From Acidobacteriota bacterium (GTDB lineage Bacteria; Acidobacteriota; Terriglobia; JAJPHL01; JAPKYU01), in contig JAPKYU010000013.1 in NCBI GenBank assembly GCA_026394175.1, positions 1 to 46,163 of the forward strand: 46,163 nt of DNA, given 5' to 3'. Made by a program: the position numbers and the translations under genes. The notes below the pieces were generated by a model, which was not told the DNA's origin, did not search any database, and worked only from the letters and a program-made list of their open reading frames with translations. This document shows, in pieces, positions 26,932-37,540 of the stretch (its first letter is position 1; each line of letters opens with the position of its first letter).

Positions 26932-28320
26932 TTACTGGCTGAGGACGGCCGCGGCGGGATTCAGCTTGATGGAGTTGGAGAGGGCGCGCTGCTCGTAGTA
27001 GCCGCGCTCGTGCAGATAGCGATAGACGCGGCCGGCCACCTGGGCCGCCAGCGGGCCCATCACCGACCGCCCGCCGCGCAGCAGCACCACCACAACGGTT
27101 CTGGGATTGTCGGGAGCCTCGTAGGAGGCGAACCAGCCGAGCCGCGTGCCACCCTGGCTGCAGGTTCCGGTTTTGCCGGCGACCGTGTCGTAGGGGTCAT
27201 CCAGGCGGCGGGCCGTGCCGCGGACCACCGCCGCCATCATTCCCTCGCGCAACTGCGGCAGGATGTCCCCGATTTCCAGTTCGCGCTTGATGCGCGGCTG
27301 GAAGGCCTCGATCTCGGCCTGGCTGCGCGGGTACTGCAGGTAGTAAAGCGTTCCTCCGTTGGCCACCGCGGAAACGAACGCGGCGAGCTGCAACGGTGTA
27401 GCCTGAATCTCCCGCCCGAAACTGGAGAGCAGGCCGACGCCGCCCAGCCGCGGCGGGGTATCGGGGAAAGTGCCCAGATGCTCGCCGGCGATGCCGTAGC
27501 CCGCCAGTTCTCCGAAGCCGAAATCACGGGCGTACTTGCTCAGCCTGGGAAACCCTACCTGGGCACCGATCCTGGCGAAGTAAGGATTGTTGGAGTGCGC
27601 CAGGGCCTCGGTCAGGTTCATCGACCAGCGGCGTCCGAGCGGCACCCGGGTGTCCTTGGTAATAATGCCTTCGCGCAGGGCGGCGACGGCCACGGGCAGC
27701 TTGACCGTGGAGCAGGGCGTGTAGCCGTTGTCCAGCGCCAGCTTCTGATTCACCATCGAGAGGATGCGCCCGTCGTTGGGGTTCACCACAACGACGCTGC
27801 CGTTGAGCGGGCCCAGGGCTTCCACCGCGGCCGCTCGCACCGCCGGGTCCTCGCCCACTGCTTGGTCCCCGGCCGTAGAATCCGCATATGGGCTGGCCGT
27901 CCAGGTCTGGCGGGAAGAGCGGCGGACCGGCCGGCGCGTGGCAGGCCGCTTGCGCGCCGTCGTCGTCTTCTTCGCCGAGGTGGTGGTTTTTGCGGAAGCG
28001 GGTTTCTTCGCCGCGGCCGTGGCGGCATTGGCGCTGCCGGATGTGGTTTTCGCCGCGGGGGCCTTCTTGGCGGCGGCTCCTGATGTGCTTCTCGCCGCCG
28101 CGGCCTTACGGGTCGTGGCTTTTGCCGACTTGGCCTTGGCGGGAGCAGCCTTGGCGGCGGCTGCGCTCGTGGAAGCGCTCTTCGCCGCGCCCGCCTTGCG
28201 GGAACTCGTGGTCTTAGGCGTTGACGCGGATTCTTGAACGGCGGCCCAGGCTTGGAAGCCCGCCAGGCCCGTAGCTAGAAACAGCACCCAACAGGAGCGG
28301 CCGAAAACGATGAATCGCAT
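26932..28320 (-). CDS. Penicillin-binding transpeptidase-domain protein with an Ala/Lys/Thr-rich N-terminal linker
   Basis: Signal/anchor, then a low-complexity AKT-rich region of about 105 aa. The transpeptidase motifs follow: STVK (SxxK), SNN (SxN) and KTGT. Confidence 0.85.
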   Translation of the reverse strand: MRFIVFGRSCWVLFLATGLAGFQAWAAVQESASTPKTTSSRKAGAAKSASTSAAAAKAAPAKAKSAKATTRKAAAARSTSGAAAKKAPAAKTTSGSANAATAAAKKPASAKTTTSAKKTTTARKRPATRRPVRRSSRQTWTASPYADSTAGDQAVGEDPAVRAAAVEALGPLNGSVVVVNPNDGRILSMVNQKLALDNGYTPCSTVKLPVAVAALREGIITKDTRVPLGRRWSMNLTEALAHSNNPYFARIGAQVGFPRLSKYARDFGFGELAGYGIAGEHLGTFPDTPPRLGGVGLLSSFGREIQATPLQLAAFVSAVANGGTLYYLQYPRSQAEIEAFQPRIKRELEIGDILPQLREGMMAAVVRGTARRLDDPYDTVAGKTGTCSQGGTRLGWFASYEAPDNPRTVVVVLLRGGRSVMGPLAAQVAGRVYRYLHERGYYEQRALSNSIKLNPAAAVLSQ

Positions 28321-28646
28321 TTCCTCTCGTTACTAAGTGGATTCTGTCTGCTTGCGTGAGGCGCGATGGCCATCCAAATCTGTAGGCCCCCGGGCTGAGC
28401 TGCCACCGCATCCGTGCATCCTGCCTTCACCTAAAATGGATGCGCCGGGAGCGCTTCAGGCATTCAAAAATCTTGTTGAGGTACCAACCCCGTTAGATTT
28501 TGTGCCGCAAAAAGGGCGGCTGTCCAGCACATTCGCGGCTGGCGGGTGCCGGATTGTGCAATGGAACACAAACCAAGGACAGGTGAACAGGGGTCGAACC
28601 GGCTTCAGAATCAGTGTTGATCTGTATGCACCCGTGAACCGATTCC

Positions 28647-29738
<1,092 letters not shown>

Positions 29739-29761
29739 GAGTGCCAACTTCCTTTCGTCAC

Positions 29762-29814
29762 GTCCCAAATCCCAAGTCCCAAGGCGGAACGACCTTGGAC
29801 CTTGGACTTTGGAC
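29762..29814. repeat. Heptamer hairpin (CCCAART / TTGGAC units) between the VWA gene stop and the recA start
   Basis: GTCCCAAATCCCAAGTCCCAAGG-cggaacga-CCTTGGACCTTGGACTTTGGAC. Confidence 0.85.
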
Positions 29815-29822
29815 TGCTTCTG

Positions 29823-30788
29823 TTATTCGCGAACCGCGAAGTAACCTTTGCGCGCCCTGATCTTGACTCCCTTGCGCTGCGATACCACCTCGATGGAGTG
29901 GAAGGAACCGTCCCGGGGAGTGTTGGGCCGGTACAGCAATGCGTACTGGCTGCGCAATTCCTGCCCGATGCGCTCGAAGGAAGTATTCAGGTCGGCGGCC
30001 TTGAACGGAAAGAACACGCGGCCCCCGGTCTCCTCGGCGAAGCGCCGCAGCACGCGGTCGCCCTGCTGCTCGCCTCCCGCCGGCTTGGCGCTTTTCTCGG
30101 TCTGCTCGGGATTGCCGCGGTTGGTGCTGATGGCGAAGATGGTCACTTCGCCGCGCTGGGCCATGGCCAGCGTGTCCTCGCGGCTGCCTCGGCTCTGGTT
30201 GTCGTCGCCATCGCTGATCAGGATGATGGTGCGCCGCACGCCGCCGCCCGGTTCCTCGGCCATCAGCTTGTCGCGCACCGCATGGTAAATGGCGTCGTAC
30301 ATGGCCGTTCCGCCGCCCGGCCGCAGCGAGTGGATGGCCTCGCTGAGCTTCCCCAGGTCGTCGGTGAAGTCCTGGACCACCTCGGCATTGGTGTCGAACG
30401 ACAGCACCATGGCCCGGTCGGTCTTGGGCCGCAGCACGGAGTTGAGGAACTCGATGGCTGCTTCCTGCTCGAATTTGAACCGTTCCCGGACGCTGTTGCT
30501 GGCGTCGATCAGCAGCCCGATGCGCAGGGGCAGGTCGCTCTCCTTGGTGAACTCCAGGATCTCCTGTTTCTTCTTGTTGTCGAAAACATGGATTTCATCC
30601 CTGGAGAGGTCGGTGACGAACCGTTCCTTGCGGTCCAGCGCGGTGAACAGCACCGGGACGCGCTCGACGCGCACGATAATGGGGCGTTGCGCGGTGGGGG
30701 TTGCCGGGGTGGGCTGCTGGGCGAGCAGGCCAATAGCTACAGGGAGCAAGGCCGCCCCCGCGGCGAGAGCAAGACGATACTTACGCAT
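29823..30788 (-). CDS. von Willebrand factor A domain protein (secreted)
   Basis: MIDAS-type LLIDASNSV, GGGTAMYDA and ILISDGDDN. Signal peptide is MRKYRLALAAGAALLPVAIGLLA. Confidence 0.85.
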   Translation of the reverse strand: MRKYRLALAAGAALLPVAIGLLAQQPTPATPTAQRPIIVRVERVPVLFTALDRKERFVTDLSRDEIHVFDNKKKQEILEFTKESDLPLRIGLLIDASNSVRERFKFEQEAAIEFLNSVLRPKTDRAMVLSFDTNAEVVQDFTDDLGKLSEAIHSLRPGGGTAMYDAIYHAVRDKLMAEEPGGGVRRTIILISDGDDNQSRGSREDTLAMAQRGEVTIFAISTNRGNPEQTEKSAKPAGGEQQGDRVLRRFAEETGGRVFFPFKAADLNTSFERIGQELRSQYALLYRPNTPRDGSFHSIEVVSQRKGVKIRARKGYFAVRE

Positions 30789-30833
30789 GGCGAACAACAA
30801 TAAAATCTCCGGCAATTATAGCAGAGACGCCTG

Positions 30834-30956
30834 CTACTCCGGCTTGCGTCGGCCTCCGCGCCGTCCTCCGTCGCGCCGCACCACGTGGTCCACGACTTTG
30901 ATCAGCGCGTTCAGGTTCTCCTCGGTCAGGAACTCGATTGTCTTCTCCACGTCCAT
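30834..30956 (-). CDS. Possible 40-aa ORF (MDVEKTIEFLTEENLNALIKVVDHVVRRDGGRRGGRRKPE)
   Basis: Manual translation only. It is not in the track, I recognise no homology, and it sits upstream of the VWA gene. Confidence 0.2.
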   Translation of the reverse strand: MDVEKTIEFLTEENLNALIKVVDHVVRRDGGRRGGRRKPE

Positions 30957-31039
30957 GGTTCTGCAGAGAGTCTAGCCGAGGGCCGACTGGCGGTCAAGCA
31001 AGCCCCCCAGGGTGCTCCCGCGCCGTGTGGCGGCGGCCG

Positions 31040-32704
31040 TCACCGGCCCAGGGATTTCAGGCGGGCGGCCTCAAACTCGTCGCCCTTTTTCCAGCCGGGC
31101 AGCGCCTCCGCGATGGCCGCCTGCCAGCCGATGTAGATCCCGATGGCCGCCGCCTGCTCGGCCGCCGAATAATCCCAGTTGGGATTGAACTCATCGGAGG
31201 GCTGGTGGTAGTGCCTGGCGCGGTATTCGGCTTCCTGCTTCTCGCCCCACCCGGGCGGCTTGCCGATGACGTCGCTGCCCAGGTCGAGTGTGAAGGCGGG
31301 GATTCCGACCTTGGCCAGGCTGAAGTGGTCGGAGCGATAGTAGTAGCCCTGCTCGGGATGCTCCTCGGGCACGATGCGGAAATTCAGCGCCCGCGCGGCC
31401 TGCCGGGCAATCGGCTCCAGCGTGCTCCGTTCGATGCCCGGCATTTGCGCGTCGCGAGTCTTGCCCAGGAACGACAAGCCGTCGTAGTTGATATCGACCG
31501 CGGTCCTGGCTGCCGGGACGGCCGGGTGGGCGGCGTAATAGGCGGAGCCGCGCAAGCCGGCCTCCTCCCCTGTCACCGCCGCAAAGACAATCGAGCGGCG
31601 CGGGCGAAGCGGCGCGGCCGCAAACGCCCGCGCCAGCTCCAGCAAGATTCCCATGCCCGAAGCGTTGTCCACCGCGCCGTTGTAAATTGCATCTCCATTG
31701 ACCGGCTCGCCGACACCCAGGTGGTCATGGTGCGCGGTATAGACGACCGCCTGGTCCTTCAGCTTGGGATCGCTGCCTTCCAGCACCCCGATGACGTTGG
31801 CCGTGCGGATGGGCCGGACCTTCGAGACCAGGTGCGAGCGCAGCCGCACGCCGAGATCGACGGGGCGGAAGTCGAGCCGGGCGGCTGCGGCGGTCAGCTT
31901 GTCCAGGTCCTGCCCGGCCAGGGCCGCCACCCGGCGGGCGGCGGCCTCCGTGATCCAGGAGGCGATTTTCAGGGCCGGCTCGCCGGGGCGCACCTCGACG
32001 TAGGCCTGCTCGCGTCCCCAGGAGTTGCGCACTACGTTCCATCCGTAGCCGGCCGACTGCGGGGTATGAACGAGCACGGCGCCCGCCGCGCCTCTCCGCG
32101 TGGCCTCTTCGTACTTGTAGGTCCAGCGGCCGTAGTAGGTGAGCGCCTTGCCGCCGAAGAGTTTCGGGTCGTCCGAGGGCGGGTCGTTCACCAGCATCAG
32201 CAGCACTTTGCCGCGCAAATCGGCGCCCTTGTAGTCGTCCCACTGGTACTCGGGGGCCACGATGCCGTACCCGACAAAAACCATGGCCGCGTCAACGTCC
32301 GACACCGCCGTCTGGGCCTCGTTGTTGGCCACGTAGTCGGCCAGGTATTCCGGCCGGATTTCCTGGCCGTCTTTTACGACGGCCAGCGTGCTGGAACGGT
32401 CCGTTTCCACGCCCACCAGCGGGACCGGCTGGATATAGGAGCCGTTCACCGCCGGTTTCAACCCGGCCAATTCAAACTGCGCTGCGATATAGTCAATGGC
32501 GACCTGCCCGCCGCGCTGGCCGGTGCCTCGCCCCTCCAGCGAATCGCCGGAGAGGAACTTCTGGTGTGCCCGGACGTGGCCGCCCTTGAACTGCCGGGCC
32601 ACCGCCCGCCAGCCCTCAGTGCCCGCGGGCGCTTTCGACGCCGGGCCGGTTGCCTGCGCGCCGGCCATCAGCGCGCATCCAAAAATGGCTAGAATTGTGC
32701 GCAT
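31040..32704 (-). CDS. M28-family aminopeptidase with a PA domain (secreted)
   Basis: HHDHLG, DNASG, TGEEAGLRGS and YHQPSDE metal-ligand blocks. Signal peptide is MRTILAIFGCALMAGAQA. Confidence 0.85.
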   Translation of the reverse strand: MRTILAIFGCALMAGAQATGPASKAPAGTEGWRAVARQFKGGHVRAHQKFLSGDSLEGRGTGQRGGQVAIDYIAAQFELAGLKPAVNGSYIQPVPLVGVETDRSSTLAVVKDGQEIRPEYLADYVANNEAQTAVSDVDAAMVFVGYGIVAPEYQWDDYKGADLRGKVLLMLVNDPPSDDPKLFGGKALTYYGRWTYKYEEATRRGAAGAVLVHTPQSAGYGWNVVRNSWGREQAYVEVRPGEPALKIASWITEAAARRVAALAGQDLDKLTAAAARLDFRPVDLGVRLRSHLVSKVRPIRTANVIGVLEGSDPKLKDQAVVYTAHHDHLGVGEPVNGDAIYNGAVDNASGMGILLELARAFAAAPLRPRRSIVFAAVTGEEAGLRGSAYYAAHPAVPAARTAVDINYDGLSFLGKTRDAQMPGIERSTLEPIARQAARALNFRIVPEEHPEQGYYYRSDHFSLAKVGIPAFTLDLGSDVIGKPPGWGEKQEAEYRARHYHQPSDEFNPNWDYSAAEQAAAIGIYIGWQAAIAEALPGWKKGDEFEAARLKSLGR

Positions 32705-32739
32705 GGGGCCATTGTAATTCATTCGTAATTCGAACGAGG

Positions 32740-32820
32740 AATGGGACGCAGATGAACGCAGATAAACGCAGATCAGGTGCAATTCAATCCGCGTTCATCC
32801 GCGTTCATCAACGTCCCATC
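32740..32820. repeat. Tandem-unit hairpin (about 10-nt CGCAGATRAA units) in a divergent 5' region
   Basis: AATGGGACGCAGATGAACGCAGATAAACGCAGATCAGG ... AATCCGCGTTCATCCGCGTTCATCAACGTCCCATC. Confidence 0.8.
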
Positions 32821-35349
32821 GAATCACTCTACTGGATCGCGTTCGTGGCGCTGATGGCGCTGGTGGCCGCCGTGTTCTGGCGCGCCTTGTTTACTTCCGA
32901 CACTTTCTTTTTCCGCGACATCTCCTTCGCTCACTTCCCGCGGGCCGTCGAGCTTCGCACGCTGGTGCGGAGCGGCCAACTGCCGATCTGGAACCCCTTC
33001 GAGCACTTCGGCGAACCGGTGAGCGTCAACGCCAATTACCTGCTGTTCTACCCCACGGCCTGGCTGGCCTGGATGCTGCCGGCGGCTTACGGTTTCAAAC
33101 TCCATTACCTGCTGCATTTTTTCGTGCTGGCCGCGGGCACCTTTCTGCTGGCGCGGCGGATCGGCCTGCGCCCCTTCGCCTGCTTTCTGGCCGGCGCGCT
33201 GTTCGTCTTCAGCGGTCCCATCGTCTCACTGGGCGCCTTCTACAACCTGCTTCCGGCGGTGGCCTGGATGCCGCTGGCGGTGCTGGCTGCCGATTACCAG
33301 ATGCGGCGGGGCGGCTGGAAGGGTACGGGCGCCCTGGCCGGCGCGCTCACCTTGCAGGTGTTCGCGGGTGAGCCGCTGACCAGCCTGGCCACCGCCGCGC
33401 TGGCGCTCGGCTGGGCGCTCGCCTTTCACGGCGATGCGCGCGCGGCAGCCTGGGCGGGAATGAACCGCAGGGTGCTGGGCCGTTTCCTGCTGGCGCTGCT
33501 GCTGGCCGCCGGATTCTCCGCCATCCAGGTGGTGCCGGCACTGTGGCACATGCCGGACACCGTCCGCGGCTCGTTCGGCTTTGACCAAACCTTGTTCTGG
33601 TCGCTCCATCCCCTGAAAGGCCTGGAACTGGTCCTTCCCGATTTCCTCGGCAACCCGCTCTACGACTCCACTCCTTGGATTTACCTGGAAGGACGCGAGG
33701 TCTATTTCCTGCTGTCGCTGTACATCGGGATCGTTCCGCTGGCGCTGGCGGTGTTGGCGGTGGCGGGGCGCGGGTCGTCCGTCGCGCCATCCGCGAGAGT
33801 GTTTTGGGCTGCGGCGGCGCTGATCGCCCTGCTGCTGGCGCTGGGGCGCTACACGCCGCTCTCCTATGTTTTCTATTACCTGATTCCCATCTACCGCGTG
33901 GTTCGCTTTCCGGTGAAGTTCCTGGCGCCGTTCGCGCTGGCGGTCGCGCAATTGGCGGCCATCGCGGCCGATCGGCTGCTCTCAGACCGAGCGGCTTGCC
34001 CGGCGGGGCCAACCGGCCGCTGGCTGCTGCGCGCCTGCGTGGCGCTGGCGCTGGCCTGGGCCGGCATTTCGGCCTTGATTCTGGCCGCGCCGGCGGCAGC
34101 GCGGCGGCTCATGGCGCCGCTGGTCAGCCTGGTGTTTACTCACACGCGCGCGCTGGCCATCCGCCAGGCGCTTCCGCTGGACCGCGCCGAAATCCTGGCG
34201 CAGGCAAACGACTGGCTGCTGTATGTGATCCCCGCCCGCTTGCCGTATGTGCTCGGCTCGGCACTGCTGGTGGCGGCGCTGTTGTACTTGCGCCGGCGAG
34301 GTTTTCTGCGCCCATGGCTGGTATGGGCGGCCGGCGGCCTGGCCGTTCTTCAGTTGATCGGGCTTCACGCTGATCTGAACCCGCTGGCCGGCCGGAGTTA
34401 CTTTGACGACCGGCCGCCGGTGGCCCGCTACCTGGATAACGCTCCCCGTCCACTCGTCGCGGGGACGCCGGGATTGCCGCATCGTGTCTTCGTGGAGCCA
34501 GCGTTGACGCCGCCGGGGCTCGCTTCGGCGTTTGTTTCCGTGGACCTCAGCCAGGTGGACTTTCTGCCGCCTGCGGCGCACGTCTACTACGCCTACCGCA
34601 TGAGCCTGCAGTCCGGCGCGGGGCTGTCAGGGTTGGAAGGAGCGTTCACCGCCGACCCCGAGCACATCCTGGTGAACGCCCAGGAGACGCTCAACCACAT
34701 GGTCTACGACATGGGCCTGGCGGGGGAACAACTGGCCCGGCTGTTGCGCGTGGTGGGCGTCGAGTACGCCGTGCTGCTGCGCTATTCGGCGCCCGCGGGC
34801 CTGGAGCTGATCGGCGCGTTCCCCAACGCCACCGCAACGCCGGCGCGGCTCTACCGGGTGCGCGGCGCGATGCCGCGGGCGTATCTCGCGCCCGCCGCCG
34901 GCGGCGCCTGGCTGCCTCCCGGCGAGGCCACCATCCGCTGCATGATCGCGCCCGATTTCGACCCGGCTTCCCAGGTGGTGCTGGACCCGGCGACGGGCGC
35001 CGGGCAGGTTCCGGCCGCCCCCGCAGCGGGTTTCTCCGGGAAGGCGCGGATTCTGGAGCGCCAGGCGGATCGCGTCGCGGTCGAAACCGATGCAAACCAG
35101 GCGGCCTGGCTGGTGCTGAACGACAGCTACAATGCCGGATGGAAAGTATCGTTGGACGGGAACGCAGCGCCATTGCTGCGGGCCAACCAGATGTTCCGCG
35201 CCGTCGCGGTGCCGCCGGGGAGGCATCAGGTGGTGTTCCGCTATCGGCCGCCGGCGCTGCTGCTCGGCGCGGCCATCAGCCTGGCCAGCGCCTTGCTGGC
35301 GGCGTTGGCCGGCGCAATTGAACGGAAACGCAGCTCTGCCGCGGTTTAG
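32752..35349 (+). CDS. YfhO-like large polytopic membrane protein (start uncertain)
   Basis: More than 12 hydrophobic segments, then a C-terminal soluble domain and a final TM (NDSYNAGWKVSLDG...RHQVVFRYRPP...). This layout is typical of the YfhO family. Candidate starts are 32752 (inside the hairpin), 32845 (GTG) and 32854 (ATG). Confidence 0.7.
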   Translation: MNADKRRSGAIQSAFIRVHQRPIESLYWIAFVALMALVAAVFWRALFTSDTFFFRDISFAHFPRAVELRTLVRSGQLPIWNPFEHFGEPVSVNANYLLFYPTAWLAWMLPAAYGFKLHYLLHFFVLAAGTFLLARRIGLRPFACFLAGALFVFSGPIVSLGAFYNLLPAVAWMPLAVLAADYQMRRGGWKGTGALAGALTLQVFAGEPLTSLATAALALGWALAFHGDARAAAWAGMNRRVLGRFLLALLLAAGFSAIQVVPALWHMPDTVRGSFGFDQTLFWSLHPLKGLELVLPDFLGNPLYDSTPWIYLEGREVYFLLSLYIGIVPLALAVLAVAGRGSSVAPSARVFWAAAALIALLLALGRYTPLSYVFYYLIPIYRVVRFPVKFLAPFALAVAQLAAIAADRLLSDRAACPAGPTGRWLLRACVALALAWAGISALILAAPAAARRLMAPLVSLVFTHTRALAIRQALPLDRAEILAQANDWLLYVIPARLPYVLGSALLVAALLYLRRRGFLRPWLVWAAGGLAVLQLIGLHADLNPLAGRSYFDDRPPVARYLDNAPRPLVAGTPGLPHRVFVEPALTPPGLASAFVSVDLSQVDFLPPAAHVYYAYRMSLQSGAGLSGLEGAFTADPEHILVNAQETLNHMVYDMGLAGEQLARLLRVVGVEYAVLLRYSAPAGLELIGAFPNATATPARLYRVRGAMPRAYLAPAAGGAWLPPGEATIRCMIAPDFDPASQVVLDPATGAGQVPAAPAAGFSGKARILERQADRVAVETDANQAAWLVLNDSYNAGWKVSLDGNAAPLLRANQMFRAVAVPPGRHQVVFRYRPPALLLGAAISLASALLAALAGAIERKRSSAAV

Positions 35350-35358
35350 AATGGCGGG

Positions 35359-36468
35359 ATGAGATTCCTGCCGTTGCTGTTGATGGTGGCCGCCAGCGCC
35401 TCGCCTGCCGAGGAGCGGCCCAGGGCCAGGGATATTGGGCTGGCTCCGGGGATCCTCGCCCCCGGCCCGCTCAACGCCATCACCGATGTCGAAGGCGTCC
35501 GCGTCGGCCAGGTGACGATCATCGAAGGCGACAACGTGCGGACCGGCGTCACGGCCATCCTGCCCCACCCCGGCAACATCTTCCAGGAAAAAGTGCCGGC
35601 CGCCGTCCACGTGGGAAACGGCTTCGGCAAGCTGGCCGGTTCGACTCAGGTCGAGGAACTCGGCGTCATGGAGACGCCCATCGTGCTGACCAACACGCTC
35701 AGCGTGTGGCGGGCGGCTGAAGCCGTTGTCGAATATACGCTGGCGCTGGAGGGCAACCAGAAGGTGATGTCGGTGAACCCACTGGTGGCCGAGACCAACG
35801 ACGGCGGGTTGAACGACATCCGCGGCATGCACGTCGAAAAGCGCCACGTGCTGGAGGCCATCCGCGGAGCGCGCGGCGGCGCGGTCGAAGAAGGCGCCGT
35901 CGGCGCGGGCACCGGAACGGCGGCCTTCGGCTTCAAGGGCGGTATCGGCACCGCCTCCCGGCTGATCCGGGCGGCGGCGGCCGGCTACACGGTGGGCGTG
36001 CTGGTGCAAACCAATTTCGGCGGCGTGCTCACCATGGACGGCGTGCCGGTGGGCCGCGAGCTGGGCCGCTACCTGTTCAAAGGCGAAACCGGCGATGGTT
36101 CCATCATCATGGTGGTGGCCACCGACGCGCCGCTGGATGCCCGGCAACTCAAGCGCCTGGCCCGCCGCGCCATGCTCGGCCTGGCGCGCACCGGATCGCC
36201 CTCGACGCACGGCAGCGGTGACTACGTGATCGCGTTTTCGACCGCGCCGCCGCTGCGCTACCGCTTCGGCTCCGCCGGTGTTCAATCCCGCGCCGTGCTG
36301 GCCGACGATTCCCTCACCCCGCTGTTCCAAGCGGCGGTGGAGGCCACCGAAGAAGCGATTTACAATTCCCTGCTGAAGGCCGCCACCATGCGCGGCTTTC
36401 GCGGCGCCGTGGTCGAGGCGCTGCCCGTGGACAGGGTCAAGCAGATCATGCGAAAGTATGGCCGGTAA
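35359..36468 (+). CDS. P1 (S58/DmpA) family aminopeptidase
   Basis: GPLNAITDVEGVRVG, VAETNDGGLNDI and GAGTGTAAFGFKGGIGTAS blocks, plus a signal peptide. Confidence 0.85.
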   Translation: MRFLPLLLMVAASASPAEERPRARDIGLAPGILAPGPLNAITDVEGVRVGQVTIIEGDNVRTGVTAILPHPGNIFQEKVPAAVHVGNGFGKLAGSTQVEELGVMETPIVLTNTLSVWRAAEAVVEYTLALEGNQKVMSVNPLVAETNDGGLNDIRGMHVEKRHVLEAIRGARGGAVEEGAVGAGTGTAAFGFKGGIGTASRLIRAAAAGYTVGVLVQTNFGGVLTMDGVPVGRELGRYLFKGETGDGSIIMVVATDAPLDARQLKRLARRAMLGLARTGSPSTHGSGDYVIAFSTAPPLRYRFGSAGVQSRAVLADDSLTPLFQAAVEATEEAIYNSLLKAATMRGFRGAVVEALPVDRVKQIMRKYGR

Positions 36469-36471
36469 TCA

Positions 36472-36529
36472 GGCTGTAGGCCGTAGGCTGTGGGCCGCAG
36501 GCTCTTCCTGCAGCCCACAGCCTACAGCC
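36472..36529. repeat. GCTGTRG-family heptamer hairpin
   Basis: GGCTGTAGGCCGTAGGCTGTGGGCCGCAGG-ctctt-CCTGCAGCCCACAGCCTACAGCC. Confidence 0.85.
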
Positions 36530-36541
36530 GAAGGAGAGATC

Positions 36542-37507
36542 ATGAAATATCGCACACTGGGCCGCACCAACTTGCGCGTTTCCGACATCGGCTTCGGCGC
36601 CTGGGGCATCGGCGGCAGCATGTGGATCGGGGCGCAGGACGAGGAATCGGTTCGGGCCCTGGAGCGCGCCATCGACGGCGGCCTCAACTTCATCGATACG
36701 GCGCTGGCCTATGGCGACGGCCACAGCGAGCAGGTTGTGGGCGGCGTGGTGAAACGCCATCCGGAGCTGATGGTGGCCACCAAGGTTCCGCCCAAAAACC
36801 TGGTCTGGCCGGCGCGGCCCGGCGTGCTCATCGACAGGGTTTTTCCCTATGACTACATCGTTGCCCGCACCGAGCAGTCGCTGAAGAACCTGGACATAGA
36901 GACCGTGCACCTGCAGCAGTTGCACGTCTGGTCGCCGGAATGGATCGGCGCCGACGACTGGCGGAGGGCGGCCGAGAAACTGAAGCGCGACGGCAAGATC
37001 CGTTTCTTCGGCATCTCGGTGAACGACCACCAGCCGGAGTCGGTGATGGAGGTGCTGCGGACCGGCCTCATCGACGTCATCCAGGTGATCTACAACATCT
37101 TCGACCAATCGCCGGAGGACGCGCTGCTGGGGCTGTGCGAGGAGCTGAACATCGGCGTGATCGCCCGAGTGCCGTTCGACGAGGGCAGCCTGACGGGCAA
37201 CATCCGCCCCGACACCACCTTCCCGCCGGGCGACTGGCGGCACGGCTATTTCGCCGGCGACCGCAAGCGGCAGGTCTGGGAGCGCATCGAGAAACTGCGC
37301 CCCCTGGTGGAGCCGCACGCGGCCGGCTTGGCGGACGTGGACCTGCGCTTCTGCCTCAGCCACCCGGCCGTCTCCACCGTGATCCCCGGCATTCGCACGG
37401 TGAAGCACGCCGAAGAGAATTGCGCTTCCAGCGACCGCGGCCCGCTGCCGCCCCAGTTGCTGCAGGAACTGCGGAAGCACCGCTGGGTGCGCAACTTCTA
37501 CGACTGA
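36542..37507 (+). CDS. Aldo/keto reductase
   Basis: MKYRTLGRTNLRVSDIGFGAWGIGG, NFIDTALAYGDGHSE and a GISV block. GAAGGAGA RBS lies upstream. Confidence 0.9.
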   Translation: MKYRTLGRTNLRVSDIGFGAWGIGGSMWIGAQDEESVRALERAIDGGLNFIDTALAYGDGHSEQVVGGVVKRHPELMVATKVPPKNLVWPARPGVLIDRVFPYDYIVARTEQSLKNLDIETVHLQQLHVWSPEWIGADDWRRAAEKLKRDGKIRFFGISVNDHQPESVMEVLRTGLIDVIQVIYNIFDQSPEDALLGLCEELNIGVIARVPFDEGSLTGNIRPDTTFPPGDWRHGYFAGDRKRQVWERIEKLRPLVEPHAAGLADVDLRFCLSHPAVSTVIPGIRTVKHAEENCASSDRGPLPPQLLQELRKHRWVRNFYD

Positions 37508-37540
37508 TCCGCGAAGATTCCCGCGGCGTCCCGCCGCCAT

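Noticed and set aside
28591-28603. GGGTCGAACCGG, a tRNA T-arm-like string.
   Set aside because: No complementary 5-bp T-stem, acceptor stem or anticodon arm can be drawn on either strand.
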